Origin: Candidatus Undinarchaeales archaeon SRR5007147.bin71
Lineage (GTDB): Archaea; Undinarchaeota; Undinarchaeia; Undinarchaeales; Undinarchaeaceae
NCBI GenBank assembly: GCA_014189675.1
Contig: DVAE01000030.1
Location: 1-40,968 of the forward strand
Reading direction: 5' to 3'
Length of the DNA: 40,968 bases
Position numbers and translations under genes: made by a program
In this document: positions 26,012-35,544 of the stretch, piece after piece
Position numbering within the stretch: the first letter of the stretch is position 1
Layout of the letters: the number at the start of each line of letters is the position of its first letter
Notes under the pieces: generated by a model
What the model saw: only the letters and a program-made list of their open reading frames with translations
What the model was told of the DNA's origin: nothing
Databases searched by the model: none

Positions 26012-26983
26012 ATGGAATTTAACACAGCTATTTGGACAGAGAAGTACAGACCCGCTGTACTGTCGGAAGTCGTTGGACAGCAGCATATAGTGGAAAGACT
26101 GAGCGCCTTCGCAAAAGATAAAACTCTTCAGCACCTCCTCTTTTCTGGACCTGCGGGGACAGGGAAAACTACCTGCGCTCTCGCTCTTGCGAAAGAAACA
26201 TTCGGAGATAACTGGCAGGGTAATTTTCTTGAGCTAAATGCATCAGACGAAAGGGGAATTGACGTAGTAAGAAACAAAGTAAAGGACTTTGCAAGGACAA
26301 AGGCTCTTGGAGATGTTCCTTACAAAATAATTTACTTGGATGAGAGCGATGCTCTTACGAAAGAGGCTCAACAGGCACTAAGACGTACTATGGAAAATTA
26401 TACACACACATGTCGCTTCATACTATCTTGCAACTACAGTTCAAAAATTATAGACCCCATACAGTCACGGTGCGCAATTTTCAGATTCGGACCAGTTGAA
26501 AGGGAAGAACTTGAAAAAAGACTGAAATTTATAGCAGGGGAGGAAAAACTTTCCGTAGATTCTAAAGGAATGAAAGCTCTTCTTGAAATCGCAAACGGCG
26601 ATCTTAGAACAGCAATAAACCTTATGCAGGCTGTAGCATCAAGTGGAGAAAGTATAAGCGAGGAATCGGTTTATCTTGTTTCGGCAAGAAGCAAGCCAGG
26701 GGAAATTGAGGACTGTCTCAAGCTTGCTATGAATGGTGGCTTCAAGGAAGCACGGAAAAAGATTACCACTATGATGATTGAAAAGGGAGTTTCAGGAGAA
26801 GATGTTATAAGGCAAATGCATCGGGCTCTCCTTAGGATGGATGAAATACCGGAAAACGCCTTGGCAGGGCTTCTCGATAGGCTCGGCGAATATGACTTCA
26901 GAATAACCGAAGGCTCGAACGATATTATACAGATAAACGCCTTCCTGGCTCAGCTTTACAAGACCGGAAAAGATGGAAAATGA
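26012..26983 (+). CDS. rfcS: Replication factor C small subunit
   Basis: WTEKYRP, GPAGTGKT, ELNASDERG, LDESD, QALRRTME and SRC motifs. No intein. Confidence 0.98.
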   Translation: MEFNTAIWTEKYRPAVLSEVVGQQHIVERLSAFAKDKTLQHLLFSGPAGTGKTTCALALAKETFGDNWQGNFLELNASDERGIDVVRNKVKDFARTKALGDVPYKIIYLDESDALTKEAQQALRRTMENYTHTCRFILSCNYSSKIIDPIQSRCAIFRFGPVEREELEKRLKFIAGEEKLSVDSKGMKALLEIANGDLRTAINLMQAVASSGESISEESVYLVSARSKPGEIEDCLKLAMNGGFKEARKKITTMMIEKGVSGEDVIRQMHRALLRMDEIPENALAGLLDRLGEYDFRITEGSNDIIQINAFLAQLYKTGKDGK

Positions 26984-28127
26984 ACTATGGGCTGAGAAAT
27001 ACAGCCCGACGAAAATTGAGGAACTTGTTGGCCAGGAAAAGGCTGCTGAGACTCTGAAAACTTTTGTTAAGAATTACAAACCAGGCTCTGGGATTCTTCT
27101 TATTGGACCGAGCGGCTGCGGGAAAAACGTTCTTGTTTCAGCCCTGGCAAATGAAACTGGAAATGAGCTTCTGGAAACAAATGCATCAGACGTAAGGAAG
27201 AAGGCAGATATCGAAGAAATTATAGGAGGTGCTTCCCGTCAGATGAGTCTGACAGGGGATGGAAAAATAATACTCGTTGACGAAGCAGACGGAATCCACG
27301 GAAACTCTGATAGAGGAGGAGTACCTGCGATACTGAAGATAGTTCAAACCAGCGCATTCCCGATTGTTCTAACTGCAAATAATCCTGATGTGAGGGCAGT
27401 AAAAGAGCTGAAGAAGAAGTGCAAAGTTGTTAAAATGGCAAAGCTGACTGAAGCAGATGTTGCGGAGAGGCTTAAGGATATAATTTCTTCAGAAGGAATA
27501 GAAGCAGACGACAGCGTAATTATGCAGATAGCGTGGCGCTCAGAAGGCGACATGAGAATTGCAATAAATGAGCTCCAGGCAGTTTCGACCGGAAGACAGA
27601 AAATAACAAAGGAAAATTTGGAGCATTTAGGAGAACATGGCAAGAGACTTGCCGTTTCTGACGCTCTAAAAGCTATATTCAAAACTAAGGATGCAGATTT
27701 TATACGGAAGTCTATGTTTGCCTGCGATGTGGCGCCTGAAGAAATAATGCTGTGGATAGAAGAGAATATAGCACGTGAGTACGGAGATGCTTCGGAGATT
27801 GCAGAGGCCTATGACAAAGTATCACGGGCGGACATTTTTTTAAGAAGAATAAGAAGGGGGCAGCAGTGGGCTCTGCTTAGCTACGCCTCCGAGCTAATGT
27901 CAATAGGAACTGCCCGGGCGAAAAAAGAGAAGAATGGAAAGAGTGTAGATTATGTCTTTCCGCAGATAATTGCTCTTATGGGAAGAACAAAGTTCCAGAG
28001 AGCAAAAAGAGATTCCGAAGCCGCCGAGCTTGGGGAAGCTCTGCACTGCTCAAAAAAACGCGCGATTGAGCAGATGCCTTATTTTGATATTATTTTCCAA
28101 CACCAAGGACAGGGAAGCAGTCAGTAA
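26973..28127 (+). CDS. rfcL: Replication factor C large subunit (short form)
   Basis: WAEKYSP, GPSGCGKN, ETNASD, VDEADG, GDMR, WIEEN and ADIF motifs. Follows rfcS. Confidence 0.93.
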   Translation: MENELWAEKYSPTKIEELVGQEKAAETLKTFVKNYKPGSGILLIGPSGCGKNVLVSALANETGNELLETNASDVRKKADIEEIIGGASRQMSLTGDGKIILVDEADGIHGNSDRGGVPAILKIVQTSAFPIVLTANNPDVRAVKELKKKCKVVKMAKLTEADVAERLKDIISSEGIEADDSVIMQIAWRSEGDMRIAINELQAVSTGRQKITKENLEHLGEHGKRLAVSDALKAIFKTKDADFIRKSMFACDVAPEEIMLWIEENIAREYGDASEIAEAYDKVSRADIFLRRIRRGQQWALLSYASELMSIGTARAKKEKNGKSVDYVFPQIIALMGRTKFQRAKRDSEAAELGEALHCSKKRAIEQMPYFDIIFQHQGQGSSQ

Positions 28128-29070
28128 GATTTTCTATACGGCAATGAGTTACACTGATGTCCTCAGGATGTTCAACTTGCAAGTGGAGAGATAAGAACCT
28201 AAAATGAGAAGAATTTTGGGCTTCGCACTGAGCATCATCCCCAGTATCATTGATTACAGTATGCCTCTCAAGACAAGTTGCTGTATCTAGAGTGAAGTTC
28301 AGGATTTTTCCAGTATTTGAAAAATTTGCCTCCAAGGTACAAAGATTCAATCTAACATCATTTACTTTGTCGTTTGCAAGAGGGTCAAGGGCAGTAATAA
28401 ATTTGACAGTATAAGGAGGAGGTTCACCAACTTCTAGTGGAGGTGGAGTAAGCCCAAAACCTATCATAACTGGCATTTGCAGGTAGTCAAGAGACTCATC
28501 AAGAATTGTGAAGTGAAGCTCGCAGTCAGTTGTTGGTTCCGTTGGAGATTTGTTAAAATCCATAAGATTTGCACTGTCAGTTATACATTCAGGATCTACC
28601 GCCTCTGTCTGAGGAACACAAACATAGATAGCATCAGAGGATATAAAATCCTGACTTACTGTTCCTGCGACTGAGGACAATTGAGCTGAAACATTTATAG
28701 TCATAACCTCCTGAAGAGATGTGTCAATAACAAAAGTAATATTTTCTGCAAAGCCTTTTGAAGATATGAATGAATTCAGCTCATCTTTTGAATCGGTGCA
28801 AATATTCAGAAGAAAATCCTCATAAAGAAGGATATCTCCAATATCCTCACGGTTTGCGAAGAATAGAGCCTCGCTGACACATTCATCCATAACCTCACGA
28901 ATAACTTCAAAAACCTCTCCCGGATTCTGGGCAACAATAGACTGAGCCTGTTGTGTAGTAATTTCCTCAGCTTCCTCAGCTTCTAGAAAAACACTCGTTG
29001 CAACAACGATAACAATAACTGCACCGGCTATCGCAGCAACTCCGATGAGAGCCTTTCTGTTTTTGTTCAT
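28090..29070 (-). CDS. Cys-rich pilin-like protein with class III signal peptide
   Basis: Start MNKNRKA/LIGVAAIAG at 29070 (ATGA overlap), a hydrophobic helix and ten Cys. Last gene of the pilus operon. Confidence 0.65.
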   Translation of the reverse strand: MNKNRKALIGVAAIAGAVIVIVVATSVFLEAEEAEEITTQQAQSIVAQNPGEVFEVIREVMDECVSEALFFANREDIGDILLYEDFLLNICTDSKDELNSFISSKGFAENITFVIDTSLQEVMTINVSAQLSSVAGTVSQDFISSDAIYVCVPQTEAVDPECITDSANLMDFNKSPTEPTTDCELHFTILDESLDYLQMPVMIGFGLTPPPLEVGEPPPYTVKFITALDPLANDKVNDVRLNLCTLEANFSNTGKILNFTLDTATCLERHTVINDTGDDAQCEAQNSSHFRFLSLHLQVEHPEDISVTHCRIENLTDCFPVLGVGK

Positions 29071-29552
29071 TGTATAAACCATATTGCCAGATATACTGAG
29101 CAGGGAACAACAGTACAGGTGTTGTTAACATTTGCGCCGGAGATTGTTCTATCGATAGAGACTATCTCCTTTGTAGAAGGCTGAAGATTTGTAAGAGAAC
29201 CCCCTTTACGGGATATTGTTCCATTATCATATAAGTAAAATGTGAAACCAAGATGGTCAGGAAGCATTTTTGTCAGCTCACCTTCAAGATTAAAGGGGTC
29301 GTCAGCACTAGTCCAAGCTTGGTCTATAACAAACTTAGCAAGATCTTTTGAACTGTCATTATTCAAGTCACTTCTCCAAAGAGAGTTAAGAGAGTCTTTT
29401 GCATAGGTATTAAGAACAACATTTCCCCAGTCACCCGGCTGGCTGCTTTCTGTAAGCTGAAGAGACTGCAGATACATTATAGAAACAAATATCAAAACTG
29501 AAGCTAAGACTAGACCTACTAATTTTATCCACGCTTTTCTGTTTTCCATCAT
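29067..29552 (-). CDS. Minor pilin-like protein (class III signal peptide)
   Basis: MMENRKA/WIKLVGLVLASVLIF leader, N-glycosylation sequons and operon context. Confidence 0.7.
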   Translation of the reverse strand: MMENRKAWIKLVGLVLASVLIFVSIMYLQSLQLTESSQPGDWGNVVLNTYAKDSLNSLWRSDLNNDSSKDLAKFVIDQAWTSADDPFNLEGELTKMLPDHLGFTFYLYDNGTISRKGGSLTNLQPSTKEIVSIDRTISGANVNNTCTVVPCSVYLAIWFIQ

Positions 29553-29553
29553 T

Positions 29554-30081
29554 CTACCATACCATCAAAGTCACGTTAACTATTGTCTGGTTTATGACCA
29601 TAATTCTTGTAAGAACCACAACGTCTGAAAGCCTTGAAGGGTATCCTTCAGTCATATTAAGATAAACCCGACCAGATGACTCTATTTTGAGCCAGAATCG
29701 TGTACTATTTTCGAGGCTTAAGTTCTGGCTCACTTTTGTGTAGTTATTAGCTATAGTATCGTTTATGTAGAGGACTTTTTTCCAGTCCAGTTTGTTTCGA
29801 AGAGTTGAATTGCTAAAGTTGTTGTATTCCGCAAGTCCGATTCTGTCCGGAAGATTGTCAGAATCCCAGTCAGCAGGAAGTCCGGGATCATTCAAGAGGA
29901 GATTGCTTATATCGAGAGTCCTTGATTGGAGAACAAAGCGGTCAGAGGCCTCTTTCACAGACGGAGCCATATCAAGAATTGACATAGTCGCTGACATAAC
30001 CATTATTATGAGGAGAACTACCGCTATAATAACTCCTAGATTTCCCTGACCTTTATCTTGCTTTAGAAGAGGAATATCCAT
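29554..30081 (-). CDS. Minor pilin-like protein (class III signal peptide)
   Basis: DKG/QGNLGVIIAVVLLII leader, an LLNDPGLP.DW...IGLA motif and many sequons. Confidence 0.75.
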   Translation of the reverse strand: MDIPLLKQDKGQGNLGVIIAVVLLIIMVMSATMSILDMAPSVKEASDRFVLQSRTLDISNLLLNDPGLPADWDSDNLPDRIGLAEYNNFSNSTLRNKLDWKKVLYINDTIANNYTKVSQNLSLENSTRFWLKIESSGRVYLNMTEGYPSRLSDVVVLTRIMVINQTIVNVTLMVW

Positions 30082-30893
30082 GATGCCATGACCCCCGTTA
30101 CAAGGAATATTGCGCTGTGTTTGAGTCCAAGCTTTACAGAGTCATCAGCTATCTGGCCGGCTATCAGTCCGGTAAATATAGCCTGTATAACTACCATAGA
30201 AAAGAAAATTCCCTGATAAAAGGAAAGAACTGCTTCAGGGTCAATTGAGGCAATTGTAAATCCTCGAGAGAATACAAGAGGAACGAGAAGCTTCTGAAGC
30301 GAAATAACTATCATTAGAAAGAGGAAGAATATTGCATACATTATTACTGTTTGTTGCTGAAGCTTTGTCTTCCTCTCGGCTTCGGCTTCCTTGATTATGC
30401 GGGCGTCATTCGCGACCGCGTCAAGAGTTTCAGAAAGCGCTCCACCGCTCATTTGAGTTTCTATGATGATTGCAATAGCCCTTTGTACGAAACGACTGCG
30501 AGACTTTCTGGAAAATCTTCTTAGAGCTTCAATAAAAGGGACTCCCCAAGATAACTGAACAGCCATTTTCCTGACATATTTGCTAAGGACTCCATAATCA
30601 GTCTTTGAGCTTTTTGAAACAGCCTGAGGAAGAGTCAGCCCTGACTTTCTTGATTCTGCTATATCCCTAAGAAATGCCGGAAGCTGGTCCTCGATTTCCT
30701 CGATTTCCTTTCGTGAAGTATATGAGAAATAGGAGTAAGGAAGAAAGACAAGGAGAATCGCCACGCTGAAAGCTGGAGGAAGTAAATCATTTCGACCGAG
30801 TGCAAAGGGGATTATCATAAGAATTATGGCCAAGGCTGCGCTTATTCCGAGCACAATGTGCTGTGTTTTTACTGAAAGATTTTTTATATCCAT
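30063..30893 (-). CDS. Type IV pilus membrane platform protein (TadC/T2SS-F family)
   Basis: IEDQLPAFLRDIAESRKSGLTL...YGVLS...SWG...SGG, with TM helices. Confidence 0.92.
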   Translation of the reverse strand: MDIKNLSVKTQHIVLGISAALAIILMIIPFALGRNDLLPPAFSVAILLVFLPYSYFSYTSRKEIEEIEDQLPAFLRDIAESRKSGLTLPQAVSKSSKTDYGVLSKYVRKMAVQLSWGVPFIEALRRFSRKSRSRFVQRAIAIIIETQMSGGALSETLDAVANDARIIKEAEAERKTKLQQQTVIMYAIFFLFLMIVISLQKLLVPLVFSRGFTIASIDPEAVLSFYQGIFFSMVVIQAIFTGLIAGQIADDSVKLGLKHSAIFLVTGVMASWIFLF

Positions 30894-31774
30894 TAGAGAG
30901 GGGAAGCGATTTTTAGGAGACCTATCATAACAATTCCTGCGACAGGCAGAAAGATGTAGACAAGCGCCTGCTGGAGAAACCTAAAGCTTTCGAAACCAGA
31001 GATTGACCCCATAATAGTGAGCATGACTGTCGAAAATATTGAGCCGACGATGACAAGAGTAATGTAAAGTTCTATGTAAATTGAGAGATCGTTTGTGTAT
31101 TTTTCTATCTTTCTCCTGTATTCATTCATGAGAATTTTGGACTTTCCTGAGAGAAGAGCCCTTAGATTGCCTCCGCCGACTATTGTAGTTGAAATTCCCA
31201 AAAGCATTTCTTTGAACTGATCAGAAGGAGTCTGCTCCGCTGCCTTGTGAAGAGCATCATCGATGTCACGCCCCATTACTTCAACATCTTCCACTATTTT
31301 CTGTGCCTCCTTGGAAACTTCTCCGTATTCCTTGAAATCAGCAAGAAGTTTGAACATGGCAAAAGGAGGAGCTCCAGTTCCGGCTATTGTATTCATATAC
31401 AAAGTCGCAAAAGGGAGATTATTCTCTATATCTTTCTTTCTTTCTGCAGCAAGCATCTGAGGATAATAGAGAGACCCGACAAAAATTCCGGCTGTCAGAA
31501 CTGCCGTAACTGCAAGTGAGAGTATAAGTGCAAGAAGGAAGGGCTTCCCAAGAAGAATTATGTAAAGATAAGTTAGAGGAAGGGCGATGGCAGGAGTTAT
31601 CAGAGCATTCAGAAAGCATATGCAAACATACTCGCGGAGCATTATACCCATATTCGCCTGCCGGAGGAAAGGGTGTATCCATCGGAATTTGTCTATCTTT
31701 GTCTCCACAAAGTCCCGAAAAAGCCGGCTGGCAACTTCTACATACTTTTCATAGGATGATTTTTTCTCTGCCAT
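30893..31774 (-). CDS. Type IV pilus membrane platform protein (TadB/C, T2SS-F family)
   Basis: IENNLPFATLYM...YGEVSKEA...G.D...AL...TPS...GG, with TM helices. Confidence 0.92.
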   Translation of the reverse strand: MAEKKSSYEKYVEVASRLFRDFVETKIDKFRWIHPFLRQANMGIMLREYVCICFLNALITPAIALPLTYLYIILLGKPFLLALILSLAVTAVLTAGIFVGSLYYPQMLAAERKKDIENNLPFATLYMNTIAGTGAPPFAMFKLLADFKEYGEVSKEAQKIVEDVEVMGRDIDDALHKAAEQTPSDQFKEMLLGISTTIVGGGNLRALLSGKSKILMNEYRRKIEKYTNDLSIYIELYITLVIVGSIFSTVMLTIMGSISGFESFRFLQQALVYIFLPVAGIVMIGLLKIASPL

Positions 31775-31775
31775 A

Positions 31776-33695
31776 TCACTTTATATGATTGAGAAGCTTG
31801 CTAGGATTCTGGTAGTACTCATGTATGACTCTGCCAACATTCCGGTAGTCCCTAATATTTTTTGACTTCATCCAGTCCAGCACCTTCATTCTGTTCTTTA
31901 CCTCCTCGTAGATTGAATCAGGAGTTCCTCCTGTAATCTCCATGATGAGCTTTAGTATTGAGCTCTTGCCAGAATATGAATATTTATCGTTTGAGGCAGA
32001 CCAAGTAAAGGCAGTGTTTGTTTTTGGAATATCTTTTTCAATATCATATCCTGTTATCTCAACTAGCTCCTTTGACCTACGGATGTACTTGCCCTTAATT
32101 CTCTGTCTTGTAAGAACAAGAAGTAAGTCAAGGTGCTGAAGCAGACTCGGAGGCAGGTTTATAGGAGGAGTTCTGAGCCGATTAACTACTGCCATCATAG
32201 ATTCAGCGTGGATAGTGCTAAGACCAGGGTGTCCTGTTGCCATCTGTTGGAAGAGAACATAGGCTTCACGGCCCCTCACTTCACCGACGATTATAATATC
32301 AGGTCTCTGACGCAGAGAAGCTTTGAGCAAGTCAAAGAGATCTATCTCACCAAGTTTCTTTCCACTCACTCCTTCAGGACCGAAGCCAGTTCTTGAAACC
32401 TGCGACACCCAATTCTCATGTGGAAGTCGAAGCTCAGGAGTATCTTCAATAGTTATTACTTTCAACTCTGGCCTGATGAAAAGAGACAGGGCATTCAGCA
32501 TCGTAGTTTTTCCGGACGCAGTAGGTCCAGCAATCAGGATAGACTTGCCGTGCTCTATAGCAAGCCATAGATATGCAAGAAGCTCTGAGTTCACAGTACC
32601 ATAATTAAGAAGATCTATGCAGGTCATTGGATCGGCTGTGAACTTCCTTATTGTGAAATTTGAACCCTTCATTGAGATTCCAGAGCCGAAAGTTGCCTGT
32701 ACACGTGAGCCATCAGGGAGAGCTCCATCAAGTAAGGGATCTGCTATGCTGATGGAACGCCCGCATTTCTGGGACAAGCGCATAACGAAGGAATCTAACT
32801 CCTCCTCTGTGTCGAACTTGACATTTGTCCTCACTGAGCCGAATCGCTGGTCACGGTGGTACACATAAATTGGGACGCCAACGCCATCGCAACTTATGTC
32901 CTCTATGTTCGGATCATTTAGCAAAGAATCTATCTTACCAAAGCCTATGAAATTTCGCTGGATGTAATATTCTATGAAGTGCCTAGTTCTTTCACTCATT
33001 CTGAAATTATAGTAGCTTATAACAGAATCCAGTTTTTGTGATAGGTACTGCTCCGCCTTGAGAGTCTTTAGTGCGGAAAAGTCAACCTCCAGTTCCTCGA
33101 CAAGAGTACTCTCTATTCTTTTGAGCATCTCATTTTCCTGGGGAGTAAGAACAGGCTCTATAACCTTGTAAAGAAGACCTTGAGACCTTGGATCATAGCG
33201 TATATTTGCGTAGACATGGACTTTCCCTCCTTTATATATCAGAGGGTAGGTTATATTGACTCCAAGAAGAGATTCTCTCCTTTCAGGCTCATGTTTTTGC
33301 GTACTAGGCCTTCTTCGACCACCAGAAGTTGATGGAAGTGAAAGTGAAAAATCCGATTGGACGCGACGGGTAGTCTTTGGCTCCTCTGCAGGAACAGCTA
33401 CAGATTCTTTCTTCACCTGCTTTTCAAGAGCAAGTTTCAGAAGCTCGGATACAAGCGATTTAAGCTCACTCTCTGAGACTCCTTCTCCATTCTCTTTTGA
33501 AAGTTCAGATGAAATCCTATCAAAACTTTCCTCACTTATTGCCTGCTTGTTCCTGGCATCAATGGCAGGTTGAAGTATGTCCATAAGATTTGGAGCGGAC
33601 CTCTTTTGAGAAACACCAGGAGGCATCTGCACAGGAGCAGGGCTGGAATGATATGTCTTCTTTGCGTGTTTTAGGAACTTTGTAAGGTTCTTCAT
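31776..33695 (-). CDS. Type IV pilus assembly ATPase (VirB11/TadA/FlaI family)
   Basis: IEDISCDG, LPDGSRVQ, FTIRKF, Walker A GPTASGKT, IEDTPEL, RQRPDIIIVGEVRG and His box TGHPGLSTIH. Confidence 0.97.
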   Translation of the reverse strand: MKNLTKFLKHAKKTYHSSPAPVQMPPGVSQKRSAPNLMDILQPAIDARNKQAISEESFDRISSELSKENGEGVSESELKSLVSELLKLALEKQVKKESVAVPAEEPKTTRRVQSDFSLSLPSTSGGRRRPSTQKHEPERRESLLGVNITYPLIYKGGKVHVYANIRYDPRSQGLLYKVIEPVLTPQENEMLKRIESTLVEELEVDFSALKTLKAEQYLSQKLDSVISYYNFRMSERTRHFIEYYIQRNFIGFGKIDSLLNDPNIEDISCDGVGVPIYVYHRDQRFGSVRTNVKFDTEEELDSFVMRLSQKCGRSISIADPLLDGALPDGSRVQATFGSGISMKGSNFTIRKFTADPMTCIDLLNYGTVNSELLAYLWLAIEHGKSILIAGPTASGKTTMLNALSLFIRPELKVITIEDTPELRLPHENWVSQVSRTGFGPEGVSGKKLGEIDLFDLLKASLRQRPDIIIVGEVRGREAYVLFQQMATGHPGLSTIHAESMMAVVNRLRTPPINLPPSLLQHLDLLLVLTRQRIKGKYIRRSKELVEITGYDIEKDIPKTNTAFTWSASNDKYSYSGKSSILKLIMEITGGTPDSIYEEVKNRMKVLDWMKSKNIRDYRNVGRVIHEYYQNPSKLLNHIK

Positions 33696-34138
33696 TATAT
33701 ATCCTCTAATACCATTATACCAGACGTTGAATTATAAGCTATACGATGTTGCCCGCCGGCTGTAGAACTGAAACTTCCATTGATTGAAATGTTAAATTTT
33801 AGTATTGGAAGAGTCCGATTTATGTCATAGAATTCATCGCGAACGAGTATTGATGTATTATTTGTAATGATTAAGTAGCGATGACCCGCAAGATAGGGAG
33901 GAAGTTCTATATTAAGTGAGTAATTATCAACATACCTTCCGTAGATGTAAGAGTTTGATATGGCCAGGTGAACATAGGAGGCAACGTTCCTGAACTGGTG
34001 ACCTGCCTGGAAATCAGACATGTCATCTTTTATTCCGCCGAAAACTGTAAGAAACATTATAAAGATGAAAACGCCCATCACCGCGAAGCATACCTGCTCG
34101 AATATGGCCGTACTGCCCTTACGGTTATAGAAGCCCAT
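33695..34138 (-). CDS. Minor pilin-like protein (class III signal peptide)
   Basis: MGFYNRKG/STAIFEQ leader plus hydrophobic helix and a LPPYLAGHRY motif. Coupled to the ATPase. Confidence 0.75.
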   Translation of the reverse strand: MGFYNRKGSTAIFEQVCFAVMGVFIFIMFLTVFGGIKDDMSDFQAGHQFRNVASYVHLAISNSYIYGRYVDNYSLNIELPPYLAGHRYLIITNNTSILVRDEFYDINRTLPILKFNISINGSFSSTAGGQHRIAYNSTSGIMVLEDI

Positions 34139-34179
34139 ATTACGACTAAAGAAAGCGCTTATTTATCTATTTTGATACC

Positions 34180-34830
34180 TCATCTTAGGTCAACGAGGAC
34201 ATTTGTATGTATTGTACCGCTGCTGTTAACTCTACCCATGTTTCTTGCTATAACTGTTGTTGAAGTTCCCGAAACTCTGGAAACTTCACCAATTGAAATA
34301 TTAATCAGATAGGACGTTGATGAGGTGGTGTCGTTTATCTGCCTAAACCATATCATAAAGGAATTCGCATAGCTGTTCCCAGATTTGAAAGGCCGAGCTA
34401 CCAGAACACCGGAGCTTCCATTAGTCTGATTTGCTGAGCATCGAATATTCGGCTCTATAGGGTCTATAGACACCCAGTCTAATGAATCGATGAGCTTCCG
34501 GTTGTTCGTGAGATTGTATAGAATTGCATTCTTGTTCACATTCGTACCGGAGCAATGGCTTCCGTTAAGAACGGATAAACTTCCCATCCTCAAGTTCATT
34601 CGCACTATACGGGTCGAGTTTATCTGTTCCTGTCCGACCTCAAGAATTGCGTTCTTTATATCGAGAAGTTTTGCCTGAGAATAAGTAACCGTAACTGATA
34701 CTTGCTGAGTTTCCAGCATCTCCTTCCCCCAGCTAAAAGTCAGTATAACAAGAGCTGTTACAACAAGAATCATCACGACTGAGGATATAACAGGGGACTG
34801 GGCTTTTCTAGAGCGGTGATGAGAAACCAT
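34180..34830 (-). CDS. Pilin-like protein (class III signal peptide)
   Basis: SRKA/QSPVISSVVMILVVTALV leader and many sequons. Confidence 0.82.
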   Translation of the reverse strand: MVSHHRSRKAQSPVISSVVMILVVTALVILTFSWGKEMLETQQVSVTVTYSQAKLLDIKNAILEVGQEQINSTRIVRMNLRMGSLSVLNGSHCSGTNVNKNAILYNLTNNRKLIDSLDWVSIDPIEPNIRCSANQTNGSSGVLVARPFKSGNSYANSFMIWFRQINDTTSSTSYLINISIGEVSRVSGTSTTVIARNMGRVNSSGTIHTNVLVDLR

Positions 34831-34845
34831 AATATGAAAGGATGC

Positions 34846-35343
34846 CTAGCAAAGGTAGCTCGAATAGGTGCATGTGAACTTGATGAGCTTCTCGGCAGAT
34901 GTTTCTTTTGAAGAGATTCTTACCTCTTTCGTCTTGTTTACCCACTCAGAACAGGAAACATCATTCAGGACGCCTCCGCTGTAGGAAGTTACAGTTCCGG
35001 CGGAGAGTGTGTCATTAGCCATACCTGACTGCAGGGCATCATCCACAAAGAGCTGAAGCTTCTCAGCCTGCTCTGTCCCTGCGTTTCTTACATAAATTGT
35101 GATGTTTGCTTTATCAGTGCTTGAAGAGCAATTTGCTACAAAACCCTCAACTTTCAGTTGTACGTTAAGACCTCCTAGAAGTTCCAAGCTTGTGTTCTCG
35201 CTTGAAGTCTGTATTGTACCCTGCATTCTCTGAAGGAAAGTATAAGCTAGACCGGCTATTGCTATAGTCATCATAAGAAGTAGAATAACTGAAATTATAG
35301 GAGTTATTCCCTTTTTGCTTGAAAAGAATTTTGGAAATCTCAT
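34846..35343 (-). CDS. Archaeal type IV (probable major) pilin
   Basis: SKKG/ITPIISVILLLMMTIAIAGLAY, the canonical archaeal pilin N-terminus, plus IYVRNAG. Confidence 0.92.
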   Translation of the reverse strand: MRFPKFFSSKKGITPIISVILLLMMTIAIAGLAYTFLQRMQGTIQTSSENTSLELLGGLNVQLKVEGFVANCSSSTDKANITIYVRNAGTEQAEKLQLFVDDALQSGMANDTLSAGTVTSYSGGVLNDVSCSEWVNKTKEVRISSKETSAEKLIKFTCTYSSYLC

Positions 35344-35543
35344 TTTGCCTCCATAATCTCGATTACAGTTTCAAGGACATACAATATTGAAAGCATGACA
35401 ATGACCTGAAGACCTGCCATGAAAATTAGAAGCATTGAAGACATACCTGTTCCTCTCGCAATATAAGCAATTACTAGAGAGAATATAAAAGCCAGAATTA
35501 TTGTTATCTGGATTACGATTTTACGGGATTTTCGGGTAGTCAT
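35340..35543 (-). CDS. Small two-TM membrane protein in the pilus operon
   Basis: Basic N-terminus and two hydrophobic helices. ATGA overlap with the pilin gene. Confidence 0.7.
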   Translation of the reverse strand: MTTRKSRKIVIQITIILAFIFSLVIAYIARGTGMSSMLLIFMAGLQVIVMLSILYVLETVIEIMEAK

Positions 35544-35544
35544 A

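Noticed and set aside
17640-28127. Inteins in MCM or RFC
   Set aside because: Lengths are standard and the Walker A regions are uninterrupted.
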